DNA of 62,475 nt, from positions 2,583,601-2,646,075 of the forward strand of contig MU056277.1 of NCBI GenBank assembly GCA_013239625.1, given 5' to 3'. Positions 1-12,024 of the stretch are shown here, piece after piece (position 1 is the stretch's first letter; the number at the start of each line of letters is the position of its first letter). The position numbers were made by a program, and so were the translations under genes. The notes beneath the pieces were generated by a model that was not told where the DNA came from, made no database searches, and saw only the letters and a list, made by a program, of their open reading frames with translations. This DNA comes from Lama guanicoe (Eukaryota).

Positions 1-92
1 ATGATTGCACTGTAGGTGTGGTGACAGTGATGAATACAGCGATGATAACCATGCTGGCAATGATGGTGGTGGTGGTGGTGGTAGTGATGATG
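1..92 (+). repeat. (TGG/TGA)n low-complexity tract
   Basis: tgatggtggtggtggtggtggtagtgatgatg. Confidence 0.8.
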
Positions 93-177
93 TAACAGTA
101 CCTACACTCCAGCGTTGTTCTGTAAAGCCCTCAGAACAGTGCCCGGTACTCAGAAAGCCTTAGTGTTAGGTATCATC
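93..177 (+). mobile_element. MIR SINE 3' fragment
   Basis: aacagtacctac...tgtaaagccctcagaacagtgcccggtactcag resembles the MIR core and tail. Confidence 0.65.
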
Positions 178-561
178 TGCACCGCCAGAGTGCCACCATC
201 ATCACTACCGTGTGCATCCACAGGAGAGCTGGTTGTAGCAGCTAGGCCTCTTGATTCCTGAGCCTGTGCCCTCCCACCACCCCAGCATGATTCCGCAGAG
301 CTTCTCAGGGCCCAGGGGCACCTCAAGGGTTGACGCAGGCCCTAGAGTCTCTGGTGGTGCAGAAACGTGTCCAGCTTGTGAGGGGAATGAGGAAGAGGTG
401 AGGTGCCCTCTGGACCCCTGGTCAGTCCTCAAACCCCAGGGCTCTGCTGGCACTGCTGACCAGCACACATGTGCCTGGGAAAGTTTTCTGGAAATGCCTG
501 CTGGCCCTGAGAATCCACCTCCCGGTGGGTGATTTGGCTTTGTTCTCTGTGGGTTTTTTAC

Positions 562-609
562 CTCCTCAACATGGTCTCCCAGATCGATCTCCACAAACAC
601 AGATGGTTT
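562..609 (-). CDS. C13orf46: C13orf46 orthologue exon 5 (KPSVFVEIDLGDHVEE); remaining exons lie left of the window
   Basis: 48 nt, cgacag|...|gtaaaa; SVFVEIDLGD motif recognised from memory. Confidence 0.85.
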
Positions 610-1622
610 CTGTCGATGAAACCAAAGAGGTGTGGGTGCCGGGCTTCAGCGGGCTGTGGGGAGCACAGGTTACTAGGAAGGGGAGTGGGTTCCCAGCCCT
701 GTGGCAGCTAGGACCTGGGCAATTACACTGGGACCACCAGATACTCACCGTGCTCGCTGGGGCCCTGAGAGACAGGCGGGCGCTGCTGGCAGTGTGGGTC
801 CCCAGGCATCCGTGGCAGCTCTGGTAGAGAGGGAGCAGGCTATGGCCTCCCACCCTCCCTGCTCAACTCTCTCAGCTCCTCGAGGACCCAGATGGTTGCC
901 CCCCCGACCTTTGCCCTGAGCACCAGGGCCACTGGGTAAGAAGGCGATGTCCACAGCTGGAAGGGCTCTCCACACCCACTGCAGACCTGACCACCTGGCT
1001 GCCTGGGCAGCACCTGAACTCTGCCCCCACAAACCCACCTGCCCTCTTCCCGAGCCATAGAGACGTGAGGACCCAGAAGGTTCGGGGCTGCCCCAGGTCT
1101 CTGACCAGGCACCTTGGCTCGGCCCAGAAGGTGCTGCCAGTGTAGCATTTTAGTCAACGCCAAGAGAAGTATCTTGGGGAGTGGAGGATGTCTCCGAACC
1201 CCTGGACGTGGGCCAAGAGCCATCAGTTGTAAACCCTGGTGGGGTGCCCCCGGCCCTCTCCATCCGGACATGAGATCAGGCAGGAAAAACCCCTTCCCTC
1301 AGAAAGTGTCCCATGAGGACCGCTCCCCCAGGGCCGCACAGGCAAGGGGCTGGGGGTCCCCTGGCCAATGTTAGGCTGAGGTCACCTCTCTCCCGGCCCC
1401 TGCTCCATTAGCAACTGCACTGTTTTGCAGGCTGGGGTTAGGGCCTGTGGTGCCCTCATGGTTACCCGGCATTGGGCCAAGAGCACAAAGCTGGATGCTG
1501 AAGGCTCCCTGGGGCTCAGGCAGGGCTCGGTTGAGGTGACCCCAGGCCCAGGCGTCCACAGCAGAACCAGCCCTGACAAGTATCCCCATCTGACTTCTGT
1601 CACTAAACTGAAAAGTTCTTGC

Positions 1623-1670
1623 CTCTTTTTCCAGAAGGTCACCCAGCTTTATGGACTCTGGCTCCTGTTC
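1623..1670 (-). CDS. C13orf46: C13orf46 orthologue exon 4 (EQEPESIKLGDLLEKE), GC donor
   Basis: 48 nt, ttacag|...GAG|gcaaga; joins in phase 0 to exon 5. Confidence 0.75.
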
Positions 1671-1765
1671 CTGTAAGAAGACACCGAACAGGTAAATAGA
1701 GGCAGGATTCGGCCCGAGGGCGGCCGGGCACGAGTATCAGAAGTGTCAGAGGACAGTGGCCTGAC

Positions 1766-1937
1766 CTCAGCCCCCAGGGCATGCTTGTCCTCGCTCTCCC
1801 TTCTGTCCTGCTGCTCCTGGCCGCTGGCCTCCAGGCTGCTCTCCTTGGCCTTGAGCGGCACCGGCTCCCCCGCATCGTCCGCCTTGGCTGGGGCGTCCGG
1901 GCGCTGCTCCCACTTGTCCTCCTCTGGGCTGGCCTGG
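1766..1937 (-). CDS. C13orf46: C13orf46 orthologue exon 3 (QASPEEDKWEQRPDAPAKADDAGEPVPLKAKESSLEASGQEQQDRRESEDKHALGAE)
   Basis: 172 nt, ccgcag|...|gtcagg; open frame, acidic and low-complexity. Confidence 0.78.
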
Positions 1938-2520
1938 CTGCGGCAGGGCCAGGGGAGGGGCTTGGAGCGAGGCTCGTGGGCCGGCAGCCCTGGGAGCAGC
2001 TCCAGCCCAGCGAGCGGGCCCCTGCGTCAGCAGAGAGGGCGGGACCGAAGGGCTTCCTGCTTCCTGGGGCCAGAGGGCGGGTGGTGGTCAAGGCCGCTTG
2101 GGGCAGAGGGTGGGTGTGGAGGTGCTGGCGGTGGGGGAGGGGGGAGTGCTCAGCAGGGCTGCTCACCCGGACCTGCCCCAGCAGGTGGGACGTCCTGCAG
2201 GCCCAGCCGGCTCCCAGATAAGATGCCTCCTTTCTGGAGACTCGAGTGGGAACGTTTTTGGACACAGGGCCAGCTCCAAGTCGCCAGGGCCAGGGTGCGG
2301 CTGGCTGGAGGGGCCCCCAGGGGGACAAGGAGGGGCTGTTTCCCTGAGAGCCTTGGGTCACCCGCCTACAGGCCTCCCATCTGAGCCATAGGCCTTCTCT
2401 GGATGCCCTGAGCTCCTTGGGGCCTCCATCTCCACCTCGGTGTGCCCACTCCTGCCCCTAGGCCTCCTGTGTCCTCCTCACATCTCTATAAAGCTGCCTC
2501 GGTGGACAAAGGCCACTCAC

Positions 2521-2572
2521 CAGCTGGCATCTTCTGCGTTGCTTCTGACGTCCTTGTCCTGGTCATTGGACT
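2521..2572 (-). CDS. C13orf46: C13orf46 orthologue exon 2 (ESNDQDKDVRSNAEDASC)
   Basis: 52 nt, cctcag|...|gtgagt; phases match flanking exons. Confidence 0.85.
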
Positions 2573-5500
2573 CTGAGGAGGAAGCATCAGTGTTTGTCGC
2601 TAGCCTGTGTCGAGGTGGGTGGGCCACCCGCGGGGTGCTGGGCGCTGCCTCTCTGCAGCTTCGGGCACAGCAGTCCACCGATGACCAGTGATTATGACTG
2701 AAGCGAGTCTGCATTTTCACCCCGATACGTCCCCCCGGGACCCCCAGGCCCCAGGACGCCTCCCTGTAACCCCTTCCTTCAGCACTTCACGTGATGGGAG
2801 CTGGAGCCCTGAGGGCTCACAGCTGGGGCCAGTTCCCCACCCCACACAGGTCACCGAGGGGCCTCTGCCCTCTCTCGGTGGAACTCGGGGTGAGGCCTAA
2901 GGCATTGCCTTTCCAATAAATGTGTGAGACCCAGGAGGCATCTTGAAGTCCTCCTGGTCGCAGAGCATGGGGCTGGAAGCGATAGGTGGGGTCCTCTGCT
3001 GCCGGCCATTCCCCTGGGCTCCTCTCCACCAGCCAGCGGGGGAGGGCATGACACAGCCCCAGGAGGTGGGATCTGAGCCACACTCTGCTGGTCCAGGACA
3101 GCCTCCTGGCTCCTCTCAGGCACACTGTGCCTGGCTAGGAGGGCTCCTTGGTGAGGCGAGCAGGGCACCCAGGTCACAGAACCTGCCTGACATGAGGGAG
3201 CAGCTCTTCCAGCCGCCTCTGCAGAGTGCTTGTCCATAGGCCATTAAGGGAAAGCTGCATTTTGGCGACCTTGGTGGGAGAGAGCGTGAGCCTCGTGAAC
3301 TGAGCTCAGAGTGGGGGGCCATCGCTTCCTGGTGAACCCAGGCTTCTCGCTCCTGGGAGTGTGCAGACCCTGAGCATGTCCTGCCCCCGTGGGGACCTAA
3401 GAGGAAGCCTCCAGGGCCTCAAGGACGCTGACATTCCAGGTCCCATTTGTGTGCAGGTACGTGTGAGTCCAAGACGGTTGAGACCTGGGGTCCCTGGAGC
3501 CGCTCCATACTGTCCCCCAAGCTCCTGACACACACCCAGGGCCCCGATGCAAACACAGCCCCCTGGCAGGGCCTCTGAGCAGCTGGTCTCCTGGAGGACT
3601 TCCTACAGAGTTTGGACCGGCCATTCAGTGTCCTTTCATCACAGGCCTCAGGGCCGGGGCACCTGCCGGGCAGAGGAGGTGACTGCCTGGCTCCTGGAAG
3701 TTGCCTGCATCCCACCCTTGCTGGTCCTCCCACTCCCACACACTGCCCGCCCTGACCCCAGAGCAGGTCCCTGGCCCTGCCGCCCTCCAGCGCCAGCCTT
3801 CACGGGCTCCTGGCGCCATCTGTGTTAAGCGACCTTCCTGGAGGGTGTGTCTCCCCACACCTGGCCTCCCTGGCACCCGCGCGTGTCCCTCAGTCTCCGG
3901 GCCCAGATCCCTGAAGATGGGAACTAGGTGTGGTGCGCCCTTCTCCGTTCACAGCGCCAACACAGGCCAAGAGCGCTGCTGACCTGTGGCTGTGCCGTCC
4001 CCAGGCAGGCCCTGGCCACCTGGAAGCAAGACCCTGAAGGCAAAGGGGGCGTGTGAGGGCGCAGTGGGCGGCTGCAGGTCTTCAGAGAATATCCCAGGAC
4101 GTGGCAGCTCTCAGCGAGGTAGCTCAGAATCAATGGCTTCCTGGCAGGAATTTAATGAGGACTTCTTTGGGAAATCTTCAGCAGCCCCCAGGCCGCGTGG
4201 ACGCATAGGCGTGTGTTCACGTGTCTATGCGTGTGCGCGTGGGCCTGTGTGTGAATGTTTCCAAAGACATGGTCTGTCCCAGACAGATCTTCAAACGTGC
4301 TCCTTCCTAGAACGTGTGGCAAGAGGGAAGAAAGGCGAAACGAGAGGCTGGTTCTTCTTTGCTCCGCAGCACATGTGGGGCTGGAAACACCTGCCTGCCC
4401 CCGTGCCTTCTCCTAAAGTGAAAATATGAACGTAGGTTCCCTGCTTTGTCCCTTTCTAAGGAAGATCTTGTTTGTCTGGGTCCCAGGCACACCTGCCGGG
4501 CTCAGCTAACAGGCCTCAGGGCAGCAGAGGGTGTGGGCGCGGTTCCCGCTGGGCCTCAGGCGGGCCTCCCAGAGGGGGCAGCCGTCAGAAGCTTTGCTCT
4601 GGGATGTGGAGAGAGCGCTTGCTTTGCTGCCTCTCTTCAGCTGGGCTTTAAACGCTCATCAAAGCACGTGCAGACTGTGTTTTCCAATATGAGACGCCCC
4701 CTATAAGTCTGGGTTCGGCTGGGGTGTGAGCGGAGGGCGGGGCAGGCGTGGGCTGGGCAAGGGTCCTGGACCCTCTGCATGACCAGACTAGACGGGACAT
4801 CTGGTGAGCGCGCTCCCTTACCCGCTCTGCAGCACGAGGCTGTGTCCAACGTGTGGAAGTTCTCGGCGGGTCCTGTTCCAGCAGAGGGGCCTGAGGCCTG
4901 GAGCCCACCCTTGGGAAAGGAATAGCCCCTCCTCGCCTCTGGACGGGCCTCCCTGGAGCAGAAGCAGGCCTGGTGGGGGCAACAGCCTGGGCAGATTCTG
5001 TGCAGCCAGAGGTCAGGATGTGGGGTCCACGCGGGCACTTAAAGCTCTCGCTCAGGAGCACAGCGATGGCCTCTCGCGGGTCCTCTGCCAGCCGGCTCCT
5101 CCAGGGCCCAGCTGGACGCGCATCCCACAGGCTCCCTCTGGCCCTGCCCCGGCCCCGCCCCGGCCCCGCCCACTAAGCCAGCTGTCTGGGGCCACGTCCT
5201 ATACCTGTGTCACCTTGGTACCTGGGGCTCCCTATGTGTGTGAGCATCAAGTCCTGGTCAGCTTGGGGACTCAGCGAGGCTGCTCCTCGTCCCATTTTAC
5301 CGTATGGATGGTGAGGCCTAGGGCAGCCTTCCCTGGTATGTGCAGGTGAGGCCTCCTGCTCTGCCTCCTGCAGGTTCTGGACCTCCAAGGGCTCGGCCCC
5401 TACAATACGATCTGGGAGCCCCACCAGGCCCGGGGCCTCGGGGGCGGGTGTGCAGGGGGCACGACAATGCAGCACTTGGGAAGGTGCCTTCCACCAGTTT

Positions 5501-6376
5501 TGCGGACCCAGGGCTGGGGTGAGAAGGTCCAGAAACGGCCAGAACCGAGTCTTTCCTCCAGCCCTCACTGAGTCCCACTAGTGGCTGGCCCGTGGCCTGT
5601 GTTGTTTGGAACATGCCCTCCGGGGCTTCTTGGACTATTTCCTGAGCAGGTTACGGTGGATCTCCTCTGTGTTAGGGACCCTGCCCCTCTTGAGGGAGCC
5701 TGAGAAGAGAGGCCCGTGGGGACGGTAACAGACGAGGGGGCAGAGACCCCAGCCAGCATCTCCTCCTCCTGAAACAGCGCACCTTTGGATTTTCATGTTG
5801 AGAGAACAAGCATTTTCCACCAGGACTTCTGCAAGTCACTCCTAGGGTTTGAACAAGCAAACCGTATTTCCTGCTTACTGTTCTGTTCCTTGGGCTCCGA
5901 CAGTCTCAGACAAGGGTACCTGCTGGCTTGAACTTCCTGGGAGAACAGAACTCCGGCGGCGCCTCAGACACCTGGGTGAGCCCCCATCTCTCAGACAACA
6001 CGACGCAGGGTCTTGTGGCCCTGGGACAGCTGATGTTCAAGGGAAGCGCTGCACTAGGATCTGCTGTTTGGGGCCATGACCTATTTCGGCCACCCCACGA
6101 CCCCACCTGGCACGTTTAGAGATACGCTGGAGTGGGAAACACGGCGCGGTGTAAGGCATAAACACACCAGCGGCACCAGCCCTGTGTTCACCGCTGCCCC
6201 CGCGGTGAGGACCGGTTCACTGCAGCAGGAGCAGGGCTCAGCCCAGGGCCTCGTTATAAACCCGGGACACTTCCCGCGCCGGCCCCCATGTGACAGCCGT
6301 CTTTCAATGCAGCCGATGCCCTCAAAGGCCCGGGGGTCCGGGTCTCTGTCTGTCCTCATCCTTCCTCCTGCCCTCA

Positions 6377-6841
<465 letters not shown>

Positions 6842-7245
6842 TCAGACAGAGAGCATGGCTTCTGACCCCCAACGAGCCCCGAGTGCACCCTGGGCCGTTG
6901 CTAGGTGGCCCCTGTGACATCAGCACAAAGTCAGAGGCCAGAGGTCAGCCCAGCAGCCCTTCATGCAGGCATGGGCTCCTTCCAGGGCCTCTGCCTCTCC
7001 CCAGAGACGGCAGCAGGGCCAGACAGCGGGCGCCTTTGCACGCCTCCGCGGGCACTTCTGGTGCTGGGTCTGCTCAAGCCTTCGGTGGAATCTTTTGTTT
7101 CCTTTTGGGGACGAAGGACGCAGGGGTGGTGGCTGTGGCTCCACTTGGAGTCCTGGGCCCTCGGTGGCATCCTGCATCCTCCCCCTGCCAGACGGGGGTT
7201 CTCCACGTGGACTCGGCTCAGGGCCACACCTTTGGACACGCTCGG

Positions 7246-7618
7246 TGTTTCCAGTCTGAGCTGGGTGGCTGGCACTGCCCCAGCAGATGCCGGTGGCAGG
7301 GCCCTCACAGCGGAGGTCCGCTTTCTGGCTCTGAGGCCTGGAGGTCCAGTATTGGGTGTAGGGGGGGCTGGTTATCCCGGGCCTCTCTCCTTGGCCGGCA
7401 GCAGCAGTCTCCTCCCAGTGTCCTCACGTGGCCATCCTCCACGTGTCTGTGTCCTGACCTCTTCTTAGAAGGACGCCAGTCAGACTGGCTCAGGGCTACC
7501 CTCGTGCTCTCGCGTAACTTTAATCACCTCTTTATGCCTTGAAATGCAGCCACATTCTGGGGTCCTGGGAGTGAGGACACCACACGAGTGTTCAGGGGAC
7601 AGACTTCGGCCCCTAACA
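7246..7618 (-). mobile_element. MaLR solo LTR (MLT1A/B-like)
   Basis: Minus strand reads tgttaggggccgaa..tgtcccc..gaggtgattaaagtta..gactggcgtccttctaagaagagg..ccaaggagagaggcc..aaaca with TG..CA ends; no TSD recognisable. Confidence 0.75.
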
Positions 7619-8284
7619 CAGCCTCACAGACAATTTCTCCCACCCTGCTCAGCAGTTCTCTCCTCCCCACCCGAGACCACAGGCACAAGTCACAGCAGGT
7701 GCTTCCCCCAGCACCCAGCCGACAGCCCTTAAATGTTCAGAATGAAGCAAATGTGACTAATTCCCTTTTTCCACATGCACATCCTCCCTTGAACAAGGCC
7801 ACCCAGCCAGGTGGCTGGTGCAGGTCCCGCCATGGTGCCCAGGGACAGGGACGTGGCTCAGAGGCTCTGCTCCTGGTGTCAGGGTGACAGACGCAGCCAG
7901 GCTGGTGGGAAGCCAGGACAGCTCCTCTCTGGGTAGCAGGTTTCTGGAGACAGAGCCAGTGGACACAGACTGGGCCCCAAAAGCCCACCCCCCTCAAGCT
8001 GGACGCATCTCCGTCCACACTGGAGGTTTCCAGTAGGACACCTTCCCATGGCCCTGAGATGCCAACTCCACACCTTTCCATCCCAGGAAACATCGTGATT
8101 TCCAGCTCAGCCCAAAGCCCTACAGCTGGACCCCCCGTCACCAAGGGACCTCACCTGCCATTGAGGGGCCCCCACCTGTCGTCAGGGCACATCACGCAGC
8201 AGCCCACCTACCCCTCCACCACACACCCCTGTCTCCCACGTGTGCATGGCCAGCGGGCATGCCTGTGAAACCAAGCCAGTCTCA

Positions 8285-9455
8285 GAAAGAATAAAACGTC
8301 TATTTTAATTGACCAGTAAAATACATTGCAAATCATTAGTATCTTATAAACAGAAACATTAAGTTATAAATCCATGTTAAAAATTGCAGTTTTGTGCAGC
8401 CTAATAGCTATGTGTCCCAAGTTTCTTTTTTGCAACATTTTCCACCATTTTTGTGAGAACAGGTAACGCCACTGTGAGTCTGAACACAGTACCTGCAAAA
8501 GGCAGACAGAGGGCACAGGCCCCTGGTCCTCCATGTCTGAACAGGGCTCGCCAAAAGCCGTGAGGGCCGCTGGGGGGAAGTCAGCAACAGCTGGGGGCTG
8601 ATGGCTGCATCCCGAGGCAGGACCCCGACTCCAGTGCAAAGCAGTGCTCGCAGCCTTCAGGGCTTCAGAGAGACGTGCTCCCGGCTCAGGTGTCTGCACC
8701 CCACGGGCCCAGGGCTCCACCCCTCCCTCTGTTTTCTCTGAGGACCTTTGTTTGGCTGCCGTGAGACACCTCTGTTCCCTTCTTCGTCCTCTGGGGGTAT
8801 CCCAACCCCCTGAAAGGAGCAGGTTTGGATGCTCTGAGTTACTTGATGTCAAGGAGCTAATTAAAAAGTCCTTTAAGAACGTTAAGAAAACCAGCTTGAA
8901 AATAATGTGCATTCTATGTGTACAGTCTCCCCAGACGTCCACTGGGGCAGCGAACGTGGGTTCTACTTTCAGCCCCACTGGCAGCAAACAACACCAGTCT
9001 GCTTGGTGTGGGGGCTGGGTGGACACCCAGCTCAGCCCGTCACCGGCTCCTGTGGCTGCTGGGGCAGGAGGCTCATAGGACAAGAGTGATGCTAACAGTG
9101 TCCAGCTGAGTCGAGGCCGAGCGCTAGAGAGTGCGGCCCCCCAGAGACCAGCAGGGGCGAGAGTGCACAGGACGCAGGAACACATGCTCTGCAGAGGACG
9201 TGCAGTCCCCAGCACCTGTTCCAGAGAGGCCAGCTCGGGTCCCCTGCCTGGGTGGAATCAGGTGCACAGCTACTCCGGCAGCCGCCCAGGAGTCCTGGAA
9301 ATTCACGAGCTCAACGCCTGCCGTCTTGTGAGCGGCTGGAGTGCGGACCCCTCACCGGCTCCCGCCACTCCCGGGGCGATTCTCCCTCCTCCTTCCCAAG
9401 CATGGGCCTCCCTGGTGCGGCTCAGGGGCGTCCTGGGCCGGGCGTCCTGGAGGCT
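8285..9455 (-). other. RASA3: RASA3 3' UTR (about 1.17 kb)
   Basis: Runs from the stop codon to an AU-rich block (8290-8460) containing ATTAAA; the exact end is inferred. Confidence 0.7.
8304..8309 (-). terminator. Polyadenylation signal ATTAAA of RASA3
   Basis: tttaat on + at the end of the AU-rich island, followed on - by U-rich gttttattctttct. Confidence 0.65.
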
Positions 9456-9531
9456 TCACATGGTATGGGTGGGGATCTCAGATTGCTGCCTGATGTAGCT
9501 CTGGAAGCTCTTGTCTCCAATGGGGTGCTCC
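9456..9531 (-). CDS. RASA3: RASA3 exon 24 coding part ([24 protein letters not shown])
   Basis: 76 nt, ccgcag| to TGA at 9458-9456; exons 2-24 total 2450 nt, consistent with an 834-aa protein given 55 coding nt in exon 1. Confidence 0.95.
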
Positions 9532-9691
9532 CTGCGGGGAAGCGGGGAGGAGAGGGTGAAGGCGGGTCAGGTCACGGTGTGCGCACGCGTGGAGCAGGGG
9601 AGTCTTGTCTCCAATGGGGTGCTCCCTGCGGGGGAGCGGGGAAGAGAGGGTGAGGGCGGGTCACGGTGTGCCCACACGTGGAGCGGGGGAG
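9509..9691. repeat. Two-copy tandem duplication (94-bp offset) spanning the RASA3 intron 23/exon 24 junction
   Basis: tcttgtctccaatggggtgctccctgcgggg starts at both 9509 and 9603, each followed by near-identical intronic sequence. Confidence 0.95.
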
Positions 9692-10127
9692 TGGGAGTGG
9701 ATGGCGCTCGGGCACAGTGGCACCCACGGGAAGTGTTCAGCATGGTGGCTCTGCCACGTTTAAGAAAAGGCAGCATTTCTAGAAGGTCGACATGGGTTCT
9801 CTCGATAGAGGCTGTTAAGGGGCCTGGAATGTGATGTGAACGTTTGTGGAGCTGGGAGCAGAGATGGGGCAGTGTCCCTGGGGCCTCTCAGCATCCCGGG
9901 CAGCCTGGCCAGAGGTGGGGTCTCTTCCAGAGTCCTCACTTCCCTTCCCTGCCAGACCAAACCCAGGTCTCCCCGGAAGGAAGGAGGAGGGAGGGAGGAG
10001 GAAGGCAGAGGGTCTGGAGGGGCCGCACCGGGACACTGAGCGGCAGGCCTGGAGGTTGAAGTGAGACCCTGCTCTGAAGCAGGCAGGGGTCTGAGGCAGC
10101 CGCTCCCTGGCTCCCCGACATACTCAC

Positions 10128-10311
10128 TGGCTCCCATACTTGGTTTTCTTGAACTTGTCCCGTTTGTACTGCGCGTGCTCCTGCTCCAAGGCCCCGACCC
10201 CAGCGATGACCTGCCTCAGGGTCTTGTAGGTCTCCTGGGGGTCGTCAATGATGAACGTGGAGTACTCCTCCTGCTCCGGCCCGTCGTACACGGACCTGCT
10301 CCCACAGGCCT
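10128..10311 (-). CDS. RASA3: RASA3 exon 23 ([62 protein letters not shown])
   Basis: 184 nt, cgcag|...|gtgagt. Confidence 0.97.
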
Positions 10312-11920
10312 CTGCGCGTCGGGGAGAGGCGGAGGTCAGCGCTGGGAGCCCAGGCAGGCGGCCCCAGAGCTGCATGGGGACGGGCTGACCGTTCGTGCAC
10401 ATGCACACAAAGCAGAGCCACTCCAGGAGCTGGCTCATGCTGAACCCGAGTCCCTGAGGGTCCGACGTCCTGAGCGCCAGGGCCAGCCCTTCTCCAGGTG
10501 ACCTGGCTCTGTCCACGCCCACCGGCTCCCCAAGCCAGAACAGGCAGACATCTGTCTGCTCCTGGGCCCAGGGTCAGTCTGGGGAGATGAACTTGAGGAA
10601 AGGGGTGCCGAGCTCCACCCAACACTCGTGAGGACGCCCCACGGCTGGACAAGCGGGGCACACGGTGGACAAGGAGCCGTCCTTGTGGGGCCACCTCTCA
10701 GCCAGTCTGCACCAGCAGCTCCCTAGGACCTCTGTCCCCCCACCTCTCAGCAGGTAAGTCTCTCATCAGACCTCCTCACTCCTGCCAAAGACCACACGGT
10801 GGCCTCTGGGCGCCCACCTGTCTGCTAACCCCTGAGCTGAGTCCTGTACTCTGGGGCCTCGGTGAGCCAGCATCAGGCCCCCCACCCTCGTCTGCAGCGT
10901 GTGCTAGTTCATCGCCACAGAGAGCTTCACTGTCTTTAAATCCAGCTCGGGGGAAAGCTCTTCTTACTGGAAAACCTCAAGTTTGTGCAAAGGGAAACTG
11001 GGAAGATTCAAAACTTCAAAGGAAAGGGGGTTCCTCACATGAGGAGTAAAGGAGTGGCGACCCGGGGCAACCGGGGCGAGTGAGCCGCACAGGGTGAGGT
11101 CCCGGAGCCAAGCGGCCCTGGCTACCTGCCTGGAGCCCCACTGGTTGTGATGACCAGGCCCCGGCAAGGCCCTCAAGCTCCAGAGCCTCAGGGATCCCTC
11201 TGGGAAGTGGGGGCCACTGAGAGACAGGACAGGAGTCACCGAAGGACCAAGACCCCAAGGTGGGGCGGGACGGGGTGCCAGCTGCAAGACCCCGGCCGAC
11301 TCAGCTCTGGGCACTGTGCAGACCGCTTCACAGGGCTGTGTTATAAAACCCTTGGATCAGCCCGGCAAGGTGGGGGTGGTGCGGCCCGCTCCTCAGGGAG
11401 GAGGTCAGGGCTCCCCAGCGTCGATGTGCCGTAGGTCTCGTAGCAGGTGGCAGGCTGGCTCTGAAGGAGACCCGTGCGTCCTGGTGAGGCCCGTCCCAGG
11501 GCACCAAGGAGCGTGGACGGGGGAGGGGTGCTGGGAGAGGCCCCGGATTAGTGGGAGGGAGCAGTTTCTAATTTTGCAAACATGAAGAAGGGAGGACCCA
11601 CGGCCAGCGTCAGAGGAAGGCTCGCGACTGGACCGCTGAACAGACTGCGAGCATGATGAGGACCAGACGGCACAAGCACACCCACTTCCTCTTCACGGCT
11701 TCCTGAAACTAAGGCTGGGAACCACTGGAGAGCGCGCGCTCACGCCAGCTCGGCCAGCAGCCTGTGACCGAGGAGCATACCTTGATGAGGTGGCAACGCG
11801 GCACCAAGACCTTCACCGCCCAGATGGGTCTACGTCCTGTCATCTCTGCAGAAGCCCCACATGTCCCAGGGCCCTGCCTGCGCCCCAAGAGCTACCGCAA
11901 CTTGGGACGCTGGCCCTCAC

Positions 11921-12024
11921 CTTGCATCTTCTCCAGTCTGCTCATGTACAAGCTGAAGAGGGAGGAGATGCGCTCCGTCTCCCGGTCCCCGTCGATGTCC
12001 AGCTGGATGTTGGCTGGGAGGCCG
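11921..12024 (-). CDS. RASA3: RASA3 exon 22 ([34 protein letters not shown])
   Basis: 104 nt, ggcag|...|gtgagg. Confidence 0.97.

Noticed and set aside
8290-8295. AATAAA on the plus strand as the end of an antisense gene
   Set aside because: No plus-strand exons were found. It is equally explained as the U-rich region downstream of the RASA3 ATTAAA.
9603-9625. Duplicated exon 24 start as an independent cassette exon
   Set aside because: No convincing donor follows it, so it can only act as an alternative acceptor of the terminal exon.
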